From Methylomicrobium lacus LW14 (GTDB lineage Bacteria; Pseudomonadota; Gammaproteobacteria; Methylococcales; Methylomonadaceae), in NCBI RefSeq assembly GCF_000527095.1, contig NZ_AZUN01000001.1, forward strand, positions 2,876,569 to 2,908,568: 32,000 bases of DNA, given 5' to 3'. The notes below the pieces were generated by a model. That model did not search any database and was not told the origin of the DNA. It saw only the letters and a list, made by a program, of their open reading frames with translations. Shown one piece after another: positions 24,831 through 32,000 of the stretch. The translations under genes were made by a program, and so were the position numbers. The first letter of the stretch is position 1; every line of letters begins with the position of its first letter.

Positions 24831-25400
24831 ATGACCACGACACAACGCCTGCAAACACGGTCTTGCCCTATCGCACTGATTGCGCTGATGGTGCTGACCC
24901 GCTTCCATCACTTCGGCGACATGCTGCATATGCCCGATGCCTCGCTGGCGGTATTTTTCTTTGCCGGCTTCTACCGGAAACCGTCCTTGTTTGCGTTTCT
25001 GTTGGTGCTGGCGGGAGTGATCGATTATCTCGCGATCGCAAACGGCACCAGCGCCTGGTGCGTGTCTCCCGCTTATGTGTTCCTGATTCCGACTTACGCG
25101 GTGATGTGGCTGGCTGGACGTTATTGCAGCCGCTATACGGTGCTCGATTTCGTCGGCGTATCATTGACCTTCGGCATGGTGATGCTTTCCGCCACGATAG
25201 CCTTCCTGATCTCGAACGGCAGCTTTTATCTGCTTTCAGGACGCTACGATCCGCTCTCTTGGAGTGAATATACCGCTCGCGTCGTTCAGTATTATCCGCC
25301 CTATGCCGGCTCGACCCTGCTTTATGCCGCAGTGGGATTCGCAATAATCAAAATCTTGATCAACATGCCGAAATTCCAAAGCCGTCAAAAAGCGCTTTGA
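24831..25400 (+). CDS. Six-helix inner-membrane protein, BtuM-like (solitary ECF S-component-type B12 transporter) candidate
   Basis: The 189-aa protein has about 6 hydrophobic segments and a GGAG Shine-Dalgarno. It lies 50 nt downstream of btuB in the same riboswitch-controlled unit. Cys77 (tgc 25059-25061) and the His26/His27 pair sit roughly where I recall the cobalt-ligand Cys and conserved His of Thiobacillus BtuM. Confidence 0.6.
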   Translation: MTTTQRLQTRSCPIALIALMVLTRFHHFGDMLHMPDASLAVFFFAGFYRKPSLFAFLLVLAGVIDYLAIANGTSAWCVSPAYVFLIPTYAVMWLAGRYCSRYTVLDFVGVSLTFGMVMLSATIAFLISNGSFYLLSGRYDPLSWSEYTARVVQYYPPYAGSTLLYAAVGFAIIKILINMPKFQSRQKAL

Positions 25401-25415
25401 TTCGCTGTACCGGTT

Positions 25416-25451
25416 CCCAGGGCGGATAAGCGCTAGCCTATCCATCCTGGG
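25416..25451. terminator. Imperfect hairpin between convergent btuM-like and cobU genes (CCCAGG...GGATA / TATCC...CCTGGG)
   Basis: Inverted repeats are read directly from the sequence. There is no clean U-tract on either strand, so this is only a weak bidirectional-terminator candidate. Confidence 0.3.
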
Positions 25452-25458
25452 GGTCACT

Positions 25459-25956
25459 TTATTTCATCTGCAACTTCAGTCCCGCCGTGCAGAAGAACAC
25501 CTGTTCGCAATGCGCCGCAATCAACTGCGCGGCCTTGCCGGACAGATCGACATACTGCCTGGCCAGCCGATTGTCAGGGATGATGCCGAGGCCGACCTCG
25601 TTATGCACCAGCACCATACTGCACGGCAATTGCATCACCGCATCCAGTTCTTCCAAGATTCCCGCCACCGAAACCCCGTGAAAGAGCTGATTGTTCAGCC
25701 ACATCGAAATGCATTCGACCAGCACCGGCCCTGGGCATTGTTGTAAAGCCGCCAGCAATTTGACCGGCTCCTCGATCGTGACGAACGCATCCTGCCTCCG
25801 CTCCTGATGCGCATCGATCCGCTTTCGCATTTCATCGTCGATAAACTCGGTCGTCGCCAGGTAGTAGGGTTTGCGGCCGCCCGTTTGTTCCAGAATGTAA
25901 GCTTCCGCCAGACGCGATTTGCCGCTTTTGACGCCGCCGGTAAATAAAGTCTTCAT
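25459..25956 (-). CDS. cobU: Bifunctional adenosylcobinamide kinase / adenosylcobinamide-phosphate guanylyltransferase
   Basis: The sequence begins MKTLFTGGVKSGKSRLAE (P-loop), followed by ...YLATTEFIDDEMRKRIDAHQERR...LVECISMWL...VLVHNEVGLGI. Its ATG 25954-25956 overlaps the cobQ stop (ATGA). Confidence 0.9.
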   Translation of the reverse strand: MKTLFTGGVKSGKSRLAEAYILEQTGGRKPYYLATTEFIDDEMRKRIDAHQERRQDAFVTIEEPVKLLAALQQCPGPVLVECISMWLNNQLFHGVSVAGILEELDAVMQLPCSMVLVHNEVGLGIIPDNRLARQYVDLSGKAAQLIAAHCEQVFFCTAGLKLQMK

Positions 25957-27347
25957 AACGTCGCCAAGATACGATCGATATCGACATGCGCGGCGACCAT
26001 CTCCGCGAAGCGCCGGATTTCTCCGTTGCGGTATTCCTGATAACAAAACCCCTGATAGGCCGGATGGATCGCCTTGAAATAGTCGGCGCGAAAGCCGTCG
26101 TGATCGAATACGCCGTGCACATGCGTTCCGGCGATGCGGCCTTGTTGATAAGACACCGGATAAGCTTGCAGGCGGCCGCAGTGGATTTCATAACCCGCTA
26201 TCGCCTCATGCGAAAACAGCCGGTAAGCGCCGCGCGCGAGTATCTTCGGGCTTTGATAGATCACCTCGTCATCGATCAGGCCCAGACCTTCCTCGACACC
26301 CGCGACCTCGTGTTCGAGCGCATCGGGATCGTGCAGCGTTTTGCACAGCATTTGATAGCCGCCGCAAAGCCCGAATATCGGCCCGGCAAATTTCTGTAAT
26401 TCCGCAAACAGCCCTTGCCGCTTCAGCCAATGCAAATCGCGGATCACGGTCTTGCTGCCCGGCAACAGCACCATGTCGAAGGCGGCCAGCGGGCGGTAGT
26501 CTCGAATCACCTCGACATCGATCTCCAGATCTGCGATCAACACGTCGAGATCGTTATAATTGCTGAGCCCCGGATAGGCGATCACCGCGATCCGGATCTT
26601 GACCGCGCCGAGGCGCTGACGGTAGTTCTGCAGCGACTGCGAGTCCTCCATGTCGATATTCAGCGACTGGAACGGCACGACGCCGAGCACCGGCACGCCG
26701 AAACGCTCCGCGATGATCTTCTCTCCCTCATCGAAAAAACGCCGGTCGCCGCGAAACTTGTTCACGATCACGCCGATCAGATTCGCCCGCATAATAGGGT
26801 CCATCAACTCCAGCGTGCCGTAGATCGATGCGAACACGCCGCCGCGCTCGATGTCGGCAACCAGAATGTTTTGCGTGTTGAAAGTCTTCGCGACAAAGGT
26901 GTTCGATAAATCCTTCTCCAGAAGATTCAGCTCGACCGGAGAGCCCGCGCCTTCGGCGATCACCAGTTCGAAGTCGTCTCTGAGGCCATTGAACGCTTTT
27001 TCGACCTCGCCCCGCAAGGCGCCGATATGGTCGTAGTAGTCGGCGATAGACTGATTCTGAAACACCTTGCCGTTCACGATCACCTGCACCGAACCGTTGC
27101 CGTGCGACTTCAACAGCACCGGATTGAAACGGCAGCTCGGCTCGACGCGCGCGGCTTCGGCCTGGAGACATTGCGCCCTGGAAATCTCGCCGCCTTCGAC
27201 GGTCACCGCCGAATTGTTCGAAACATTCTGCGCCTTGAACGGCGCGACCTTGATGCCGCGGTCGGCAAAAATCCGGCATAAAGCCATCACCAGCGTGGTT
27301 TTGCCGGCATCGGAACTGGTGCCGAAAACGGCCAAGGGTTTCATCAT
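25953..27347 (-). CDS. cobQ: Cobyric acid synthase
   Basis: I chose start MMKPLAVFGTSSDAGKTTLV at 27347, which overlaps the cobC stop as ATGA. The sequence continues ...APFKAQNVSNN...AEGAGSP.E.NL... and has a C-terminal glutamine amidotransferase block with GLCGGYQML. The track's extension to 27614 overlaps cobC and is Arg-rich junk. Confidence 0.9.
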   Translation of the reverse strand: MMKPLAVFGTSSDAGKTTLVMALCRIFADRGIKVAPFKAQNVSNNSAVTVEGGEISRAQCLQAEAARVEPSCRFNPVLLKSHGNGSVQVIVNGKVFQNQSIADYYDHIGALRGEVEKAFNGLRDDFELVIAEGAGSPVELNLLEKDLSNTFVAKTFNTQNILVADIERGGVFASIYGTLELMDPIMRANLIGVIVNKFRGDRRFFDEGEKIIAERFGVPVLGVVPFQSLNIDMEDSQSLQNYRQRLGAVKIRIAVIAYPGLSNYNDLDVLIADLEIDVEVIRDYRPLAAFDMVLLPGSKTVIRDLHWLKRQGLFAELQKFAGPIFGLCGGYQMLCKTLHDPDALEHEVAGVEEGLGLIDDEVIYQSPKILARGAYRLFSHEAIAGYEIHCGRLQAYPVSYQQGRIAGTHVHGVFDHDGFRADYFKAIHPAYQGFCYQEYRNGEIRRFAEMVAAHVDIDRILATL

Positions 27348-27907
27348 TTGTTCAGATAATCGATGTAGGTATAAGCATTTTGATGGCGCAGCTTGTGCAC
27401 AGAGCCCGGATCGATGCGCAATTGAAACGCATTCGCCAGCGGCAGGGTCAGCACATGCGCGAGCAAGGCGCGTATCGCGCCGGCATGGGTTACGATGACC
27501 GCCTGTTCTAACGGTTGTTGCAAGAGGTCCCGCCAGAAATCGCCGATGCGTTCGTATAAGTCGGTAAAGCTTTCGCCATTCGGCGGCGCGGACTCGACAA
27601 AATTTGCGCTCCAATGCCTCAGGATTTCGGGCTCGATCGCATCAAAACGCACCCCTTCCCAGGCTCCGAAATTCAGCTCAAGCAGGCGGTCATCGGTCGT
27701 CACCTTCACCGACAACCTTTCGGCCAGTTGCGTACAACGCCTCAGCGGACTGCTGAAGACCGGGCAGTCCTCGGTCAATTCCGGCAGTTTTTGTTGCAGC
27801 GCCGACAGGTCTTCGCTGAAGCTAGCGGCTAACGCCACATCGCTCTGTCCGTAACAAAGCCCCGCTTCGGTCGCGGTACGGGTATGGCGGATCAGATAGA
27901 TGTCCAT
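27344..27907 (-). CDS. cobC: Alpha-ribazole phosphatase (histidine phosphatase family)
   Basis: The sequence MDIYLIRHTRT (RHG-type motif)...SSPLRRC...FGAWEG...VTHAGAIRAL fits the family, and it has operon context between cobS and cobQ. Confidence 0.85.
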   Translation of the reverse strand: MDIYLIRHTRTATEAGLCYGQSDVALAASFSEDLSALQQKLPELTEDCPVFSSPLRRCTQLAERLSVKVTTDDRLLELNFGAWEGVRFDAIEPEILRHWSANFVESAPPNGESFTDLYERIGDFWRDLLQQPLEQAVIVTHAGAIRALLAHVLTLPLANAFQLRIDPGSVHKLRHQNAYTYIDYLNK

Positions 27908-28638
27908 AGGGCGCTGATACTCAGATAAAACACCGTCTCGGCGACCTGCTGGCAGGCGCCAAGGCAGTCACCGGTATAGCCGCCGATATGGCGGTCAAAA
28001 TAGCGCCCCAGCCAGAGCGTGGAAAGCACGACAGGAACGACCGCCAACAGACAATTGCCCGGCAAGAATATGAACGGCAACAGCGCCATAGCGGCCGCGA
28101 TAAAGAGATCGGCAATCCCGGGCTTGAACATCGCGATGCCGCTTTTGCTGTTTTCGGTCCGCGCGTAGGGGTAACGCCGCATCAACCCCAGCGGCATCAA
28201 GCGGCTGAAACTGTGCCCCGCGAGTAACGTCCACGGCACGATAACGGCAGGCATCGCCCCAAGCAGGCTGATCTTCAGCAGCAGCAACAGCAAGAGGCCG
28301 AGCGCGCCATAAACGCCGATCGCCGAGTCCTTCATGATCGCCAGGATGCGCTCTTTGCCGTAACCGCCGCCGAAACCGTCGCAGACATCGGCGAAACCGT
28401 CCTCGTGAAAGGCGCCGGTCACCCCAATGCCGGCGATCAATGCGATGATCACCGCCGCCGTTTGCGGCCAGAGCCCGGCGGCCAGATAAAATGCCGCCCC
28501 GGACAAAGCGCCGACCAACCAGCCGATCACCGGCAGATACACCGCCGCTTGCGGCAACTGTCGGTAATCGAGATTTTTCGGGCACGGAAGGCGAGTGTAA
28601 AAGCCGAGCGCCAAGAAGAACAGTTTTGGATGACGCAT
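27892..28638 (-). CDS. cobS: Adenosylcobinamide-GDP ribazoletransferase (cobalamin synthase)
   Basis: This is a polytopic membrane protein: MRHPKLFFLALGFYTRLP...GAFHEDGFADVCDGFGGG...GGYTGDCLGA. I prefer ATG 28638 to the GTG at 28656. It overlaps cobC by 16 nt. Confidence 0.88.
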   Translation of the reverse strand: MRHPKLFFLALGFYTRLPCPKNLDYRQLPQAAVYLPVIGWLVGALSGAAFYLAAGLWPQTAAVIIALIAGIGVTGAFHEDGFADVCDGFGGGYGKERILAIMKDSAIGVYGALGLLLLLLLKISLLGAMPAVIVPWTLLAGHSFSRLMPLGLMRRYPYARTENSKSGIAMFKPGIADLFIAAAMALLPFIFLPGNCLLAVVPVVLSTLWLGRYFDRHIGGYTGDCLGACQQVAETVFYLSISALWTSI

Positions 28639-28671
28639 GTCAGCCGCATCCGCCACAACGGGCCTGCATGT

Positions 28672-29505
28672 TTATTTGCCCCGTTTCCAGCGTCCGGCAA
28701 TAAAATCCAGCGCTTCCTTGATGTTCAGGTCGCGGGTCGCGCCGCCGGTGCGCACATAGAATTTTTGCGCGTTGCCCTGATCGATGAACACCGGCCGGTT
28801 CGCCGGCGAAACGATCAAGCGGCACACGTGCCTGTCGTCGATCACATGGAACAGCACATGCACGAAGGAACAAAGATCGGCGCCCAAATTCGCCGAAATG
28901 GCGGTCATCACCGCCTGTTCAAAGCCATCCTGATCCGGTTTCTTGAGCGTCTGAAAATCCTTTTCGAGGCCGATGATCTCGCCGTTATCGGCAACGCCGA
29001 TCAAGAGCGTCCCGCCCACATGACTGTTCAAAAATCCGGCCAGCGTTTTCAGAATCACGCCCTCCAGCGAACGATTGATGCGCGACTCCGCCATGTCCCA
29101 GCGCAACGTCGATTTAAACTCCAGATAGGGGCCTTCCCCCTGGCGAATGATCGAAGGCAAATCCTTATCCAGTTCCGCTTTCAAATAATCGATATGGACG
29201 ACGCGATTATGAATGAGCGTGTAGAAAGCCAAGGACAAGAGTCCGATCAACGCGCCGATTTCCGCATAAAAGGCCAACAGCATCAAATTGCCGTGCGAGA
29301 TCTTACCCGTCAGCATATCGCCGACCTGATTCAACATAAATTGGACTGACGAAAGCGGATCGGAGGATGACTCGCGGGCGCTGATATAATCATAGCTTGG
29401 CGCCAGAACAAAAACACCGATAACGGCGCCGGCCAGCGCCGCCAACAGATAAAGCTTCATTTGTTGACGCCAGATCGTGAATATCAGCAGGAAGAATCGT
29501 TTCAT
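28672..29505 (-). CDS. Membrane-anchored AlbA_2 / Schlafen-like (divergent AAA-4) domain protein
   Basis: Two N-terminal hydrophobic helices are present (LYLLAALAGAVIGVFVLAP and LMLLAFYAEIGALIGLLSLAFYTLI). The soluble domain then begins IIRQGEGPYLEFKSTLRWD...LKTLAGFLNSHVGGTLLIGVADNGEIIGL...RLIVSPANRPVFI...FYVRTGGATRDL, which is the AlbA_2 pattern as I know it. Confidence 0.6.
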   Translation of the reverse strand: MKRFFLLIFTIWRQQMKLYLLAALAGAVIGVFVLAPSYDYISARESSSDPLSSVQFMLNQVGDMLTGKISHGNLMLLAFYAEIGALIGLLSLAFYTLIHNRVVHIDYLKAELDKDLPSIIRQGEGPYLEFKSTLRWDMAESRINRSLEGVILKTLAGFLNSHVGGTLLIGVADNGEIIGLEKDFQTLKKPDQDGFEQAVMTAISANLGADLCSFVHVLFHVIDDRHVCRLIVSPANRPVFIDQGNAQKFYVRTGGATRDLNIKEALDFIAGRWKRGK

Positions 29506-29541
29506 GCGTTCAATGCGTGCGGGGTTCTGCCCAAAAGATAA

Positions 29542-30570
29542 TCAATCGCGATCCACTCCGGCTTCAGCAAACGTCGCCATCTCATTCAAAAAAACCACCG
29601 CCGATAACAGTAAAGGATAAGCCAGCGCGATGCCGGAACCTTCGCCGAGGCGCATGTCCAGATTCAGCAAAGGCCGAGCATGCAGGTGATCCAGTAAGGC
29701 CCGATGCCCCTGTTCACCTGACATATGGCTGAAAACGCAATAATCAAGCACGGCAGGGCGCAATCCGGCCGCCGCCAGCAACGCGCTGCCGGCGATGAAG
29801 CCGTCAACGAGGATCAGCATGCTCAGTTCGGCCGCCTTCAGATAAGCCCCCGTCATCATCGCGATTTCGAAGCCGCCGAATGTCGCCAGGACCTCGCTCG
29901 GGTCGGACAGTCCCGGATGCCGGGTTAACGCCTGCTGTAATATCGAGACTTTATGCCGTAACTGCGCATCATCGAGGCCCGTGCCCCGGCCGACGCAGTT
30001 CTCCAGCGGCAAACCGGTCAGACAATGCATGATCAACGCCGCAGACGAGGTATTGCCGATCCCCATTTCGCCGAAACCGATGCAATTGCAGCCCTGGTCC
30101 CGCTGCTTCAAGACTAGCTCGGCGCCCTTGGCGAGAGCCATCGCGCACTGTTCTCGGGTCATCGCCGGTTGTTCCAAAAAATTGGCGGTGCCCTTGCCGA
30201 TGCCGGCATCAATCAAGCCGGGCATTGCCGAAAGATCGGCATTGACGCCGGCATCGACGATCAGTAAATCGATTTGATGCTGCCTTGCAAACACATTGAT
30301 CGCCGCGCCGCCTGAGGCAAAATTGGCGACCATTTGCGCGGTGACCGCTTGCGGATAGGCGCTGACCCCGGCAGCGGCCACGCCATGATCGCCCGCGAAC
30401 ACGATGATGCAGGGCTTGGTCAGGGAAGGCGACAGGCTGTTTTGAATCAGGCCGATTTGCAGCGCCAAAGCTTCCAGTTGCCCCAAGGCGCCGAGCGGTT
30501 TGGTCTTTTGGTCGATTTTGGCCTGCAAGGCCGGCGCCAGCGCCTGCGACAAAGGTTGAATGTCAAACAT
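29542..30570 (-). CDS. cobT: Nicotinate-nucleotide--dimethylbenzimidazole phosphoribosyltransferase
   Basis: Start ATG 30570 gives MFDIQPL...[19 protein letters not shown]...VFAGDHGV...[14 protein letters not shown]...[12 protein letters not shown]. It overlaps the bluB stop by 8 nt. Confidence 0.9.
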   Translation of the reverse strand: MFDIQPLSQALAPALQAKIDQKTKPLGALGQLEALALQIGLIQNSLSPSLTKPCIIVFAGDHGVAAAGVSAYPQAVTAQMVANFASGGAAINVFARQHQIDLLIVDAGVNADLSAMPGLIDAGIGKGTANFLEQPAMTREQCAMALAKGAELVLKQRDQGCNCIGFGEMGIGNTSSAALIMHCLTGLPLENCVGRGTGLDDAQLRHKVSILQQALTRHPGLSDPSEVLATFGGFEIAMMTGAYLKAAELSMLILVDGFIAGSALLAAAGLRPAVLDYCVFSHMSGEQGHRALLDHLHARPLLNLDMRLGEGSGIALAYPLLLSAVVFLNEMATFAEAGVDRD

Positions 30571-31222
30571 TTGCGGCACGGCCATTCCAGTGGTTTTCGA
30601 ATAACAGATCGTCAAGCGGCATCCGCTGCGCCCAGCGCGCCTCTTCGAGCATCGGCTTGTCATAAAACCGTTCGACATGGCCCAGACACAAGATCGCGAC
30701 CGGATGACTGTCGTCAGGCATCGCCAGCAGTTGTTTAACATCTTCAGGCTCGAACAGCGAGACCCAGCCCATACCAAGCCCTTCCGCCCTGGCCGCGAGC
30801 CAGAGATTTTGAATCGCACAGGCCAGCGAGGCGAGGTCCATCTCGGGCAGCGTGCGACGGCCGAACACGGCTTTCTCGCGCCGGTCGCATAAGGCCGCGA
30901 CCAGCACGACCGCGCAGTCGAGAATGCCTTCGACCTTCAGCTTCATGAATTCGTCCTCGCGTTCGTGCAAGGCCTTGGCGGTGCGCTGCCGCTCCTGCTC
31001 GACCAGCGCATGAAGCCGTGCGCGCAAGTCATGTGCGGTGATCTGAATGAAACGCCACGGCTGCATGAAGCCGACGCTCGGGGCATGATGCGCCGCATCG
31101 AGCAGACGCCTGAGCAATTCGGGTTCGACCGGATCGGGCAGGAAATGACGCATGTCGCGGCGCTCGTAGATCGCACGATAGAGCGCGGCGCGCTCCGCGT
31201 CGGAATAACGGTGTTCTGTCAT
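30563..31222 (-). CDS. bluB: 5,6-dimethylbenzimidazole synthase BluB (nitroreductase fold)
   Basis: The sequence [26 protein letters not shown]...[17 protein letters not shown]...LKVEGI...[27 protein letters not shown]... matches the S. meliloti BluB blocks I recall. I chose ATG 31222; the alternative TTG at 31258 cannot be excluded. Confidence 0.88.
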   Translation of the reverse strand: MTEHRYSDAERAALYRAIYERRDMRHFLPDPVEPELLRRLLDAAHHAPSVGFMQPWRFIQITAHDLRARLHALVEQERQRTAKALHEREDEFMKLKVEGILDCAVVLVAALCDRREKAVFGRRTLPEMDLASLACAIQNLWLAARAEGLGMGWVSLFEPEDVKQLLAMPDDSHPVAILCLGHVERFYDKPMLEEARWAQRMPLDDLLFENHWNGRAANV

Positions 31223-31261
31223 GGGATCGATAAGAATCGAGCGTCGCGCTAGAGGCAATGC

Positions 31262-32000
31262 TCAAAGATGATAAGGATGCGCCGCCTCGAAGCCGTGCAC
31301 CTTCGCCTTGGTCGTAAAAACGGGCGGCGTCCAGCCTTCCTCTTCCTGACCGGCCAGGAAACTGGCGAGCCAGTTCGCCTGGCTGCGGATAGGCAGAATA
31401 AAGGCGTACAACTTGCCGTTCGGCAGTTCCGCGACGTCGCCGACCGCATAAATGTGCTCGTCGCTGGTCTTCAAACACTCGTCGACCTTGATGCCGCGGC
31501 CGACCGCAAGCCCCGCCTGTTCGGCCAGTTCGGTGCGCGGCTTGAAGCCGCAAGCCACGATCACCGCGTCGAATTCGGCCGCCGCCTCGGTCAATACGCA
31601 GACCTTGTCGCCTTCATTGGCGATGCTCTGCACCGACTGATTCAACAACACGTCGACGCCGGCATGATTCAGGTTTTCGAGCAGCGACAGCGAATCTTCC
31701 TCGACCAATTGCCGTTCCATCAGCCGGTCCATCGCATGGTACACCGTCACGCTGTCCCCCGAAACGGCCAGATCGGATGCGAGTTCGCAGCCTATCAGGC
31801 CGCCGCCGATGATCGCCCAGTCCGGCTGGCGATTTTGACCCAGGATGCCTTGGCGAAATTTGCGCAGCGTCTTTAAATCGGCCAGGCTATTCAGGCAAAA
31901 AAACAGTTCATGATACGCTCTTAAAGGCGGCGGAATGAAAGCCGCCGAGCCTTGCGCGATGATCAACTTGTCGTAGCTCAGCGATTTTTCCTGGCAGGCG
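31262..32000 (-). CDS. NAD(P)/FAD-dependent oxidoreductase (rubredoxin-reductase-like); C-terminal part only, N-terminus off the right edge
   Basis: The reading frame is open to position 32000 (…SLSYDKLIIAQGS…). The NAD-binding dinucleotide motif is WAIIGGGLIGCELASDL, followed by ...IYAVGDVAE. The stop lies 3 nt from the TTG and 39 nt from the ATG of bluB. Confidence 0.7.
   Translation of the reverse strand, partial: ACQEKSLSYDKLIIAQGSAAFIPPPLRAYHELFFCLNSLADLKTLRKFRQGILGQNRQPDWAIIGGGLIGCELASDLAVSGDSVTVYHAMDRLMERQLVEEDSLSLLENLNHAGVDVLLNQSVQSIANEGDKVCVLTEAAAEFDAVIVACGFKPRTELAEQAGLAVGRGIKVDECLKTSDEHIYAVGDVAELPNGKLYAFILPIRSQANWLASFLAGQEEEGWTPPVFTTKAKVHGFEAAHPYHL

Noticed and set aside
27348-27614. 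Upstream extension of the cobQ ORF (553-aa version)
   Set aside because: It overlaps cobC in another frame and is Arg-rich nonsense. The CobQ homology starts at MMKPLAVFGTSSDAGKT, whose ATG overlaps the cobC stop.
28405-29349. 314-aa plus-strand ORF spanning the cobS/AlbA_2 region
   Set aside because: It crosses the boundary of two well-supported minus-strand genes. It is Arg/His/Gln-rich with no motifs, so I treat it as a shadow ORF.
1-32000. CRISPR arrays, rRNA and tRNA genes
   Set aside because: No regularly spaced direct repeats and no tRNA-like or rRNA-like conserved segments were seen in any intergenic region.

Overview
This looks like a GC-rich proteobacterial chromosomal window; single 60-nt lines I hand-counted in the flanks gave about 60-72% GC. 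I found no rRNA, tRNA, CRISPR array, transposase or integrase.

Contents, left to right:
1. A minus-strand sulfur-scavenging (sfn-type) operon, 1-4239: FMN reductase, acyl-CoA-dehydrogenase-like protein, OsmC-like protein, dimethylsulfone monooxygenase SfnG, and an SfnB-like protein. It lies divergent from an amidohydrolase gene and next to a FadL-like outer-membrane channel. All three units appear to carry sigma54 (-24/-12) promoters.
2. Housekeeping genes, 7270-14226: class I DAHP synthase, an in-frame ThiS-ThiG fusion, trmB, a bacterial dynamin-like GTPase, pyrE and hemW.
3. A frameshifted SWIM zinc-finger gene, 14324-16049.
4. A low-GC accessory island, about 16.2-22.5 kb, with every gene on the minus strand: a 562-aa protein with a central Nudix-like box, a VapBC toxin-antitoxin pair, a receiver-domain protein with an uncharacterised C-terminal domain carrying an RHxxxH motif, a cytoplasmic histidine kinase with a Sel1/TPR-like N-terminus, and two small unknown ORFs.
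5. A consensus sigma70 promoter, a cobalamin riboswitch, btuB and a BtuM-like membrane protein, 22577-25400.
6. A minus-strand cobalamin lower-ligand/assembly operon, 25459-32000: FAD oxidoreductase, bluB, cobT, a membrane-anchored AlbA_2/Schlafen-like protein, cobS, cobC, cobQ and cobU.

The best candidate for an undescribed system is the kinase plus receiver-effector pair at 18643-21692. It resembles the Detocs defensive two-component logic but has a different effector and no buffer receiver. All functional calls rest on reading the translated ORFs and motifs by eye. No database search was possible.
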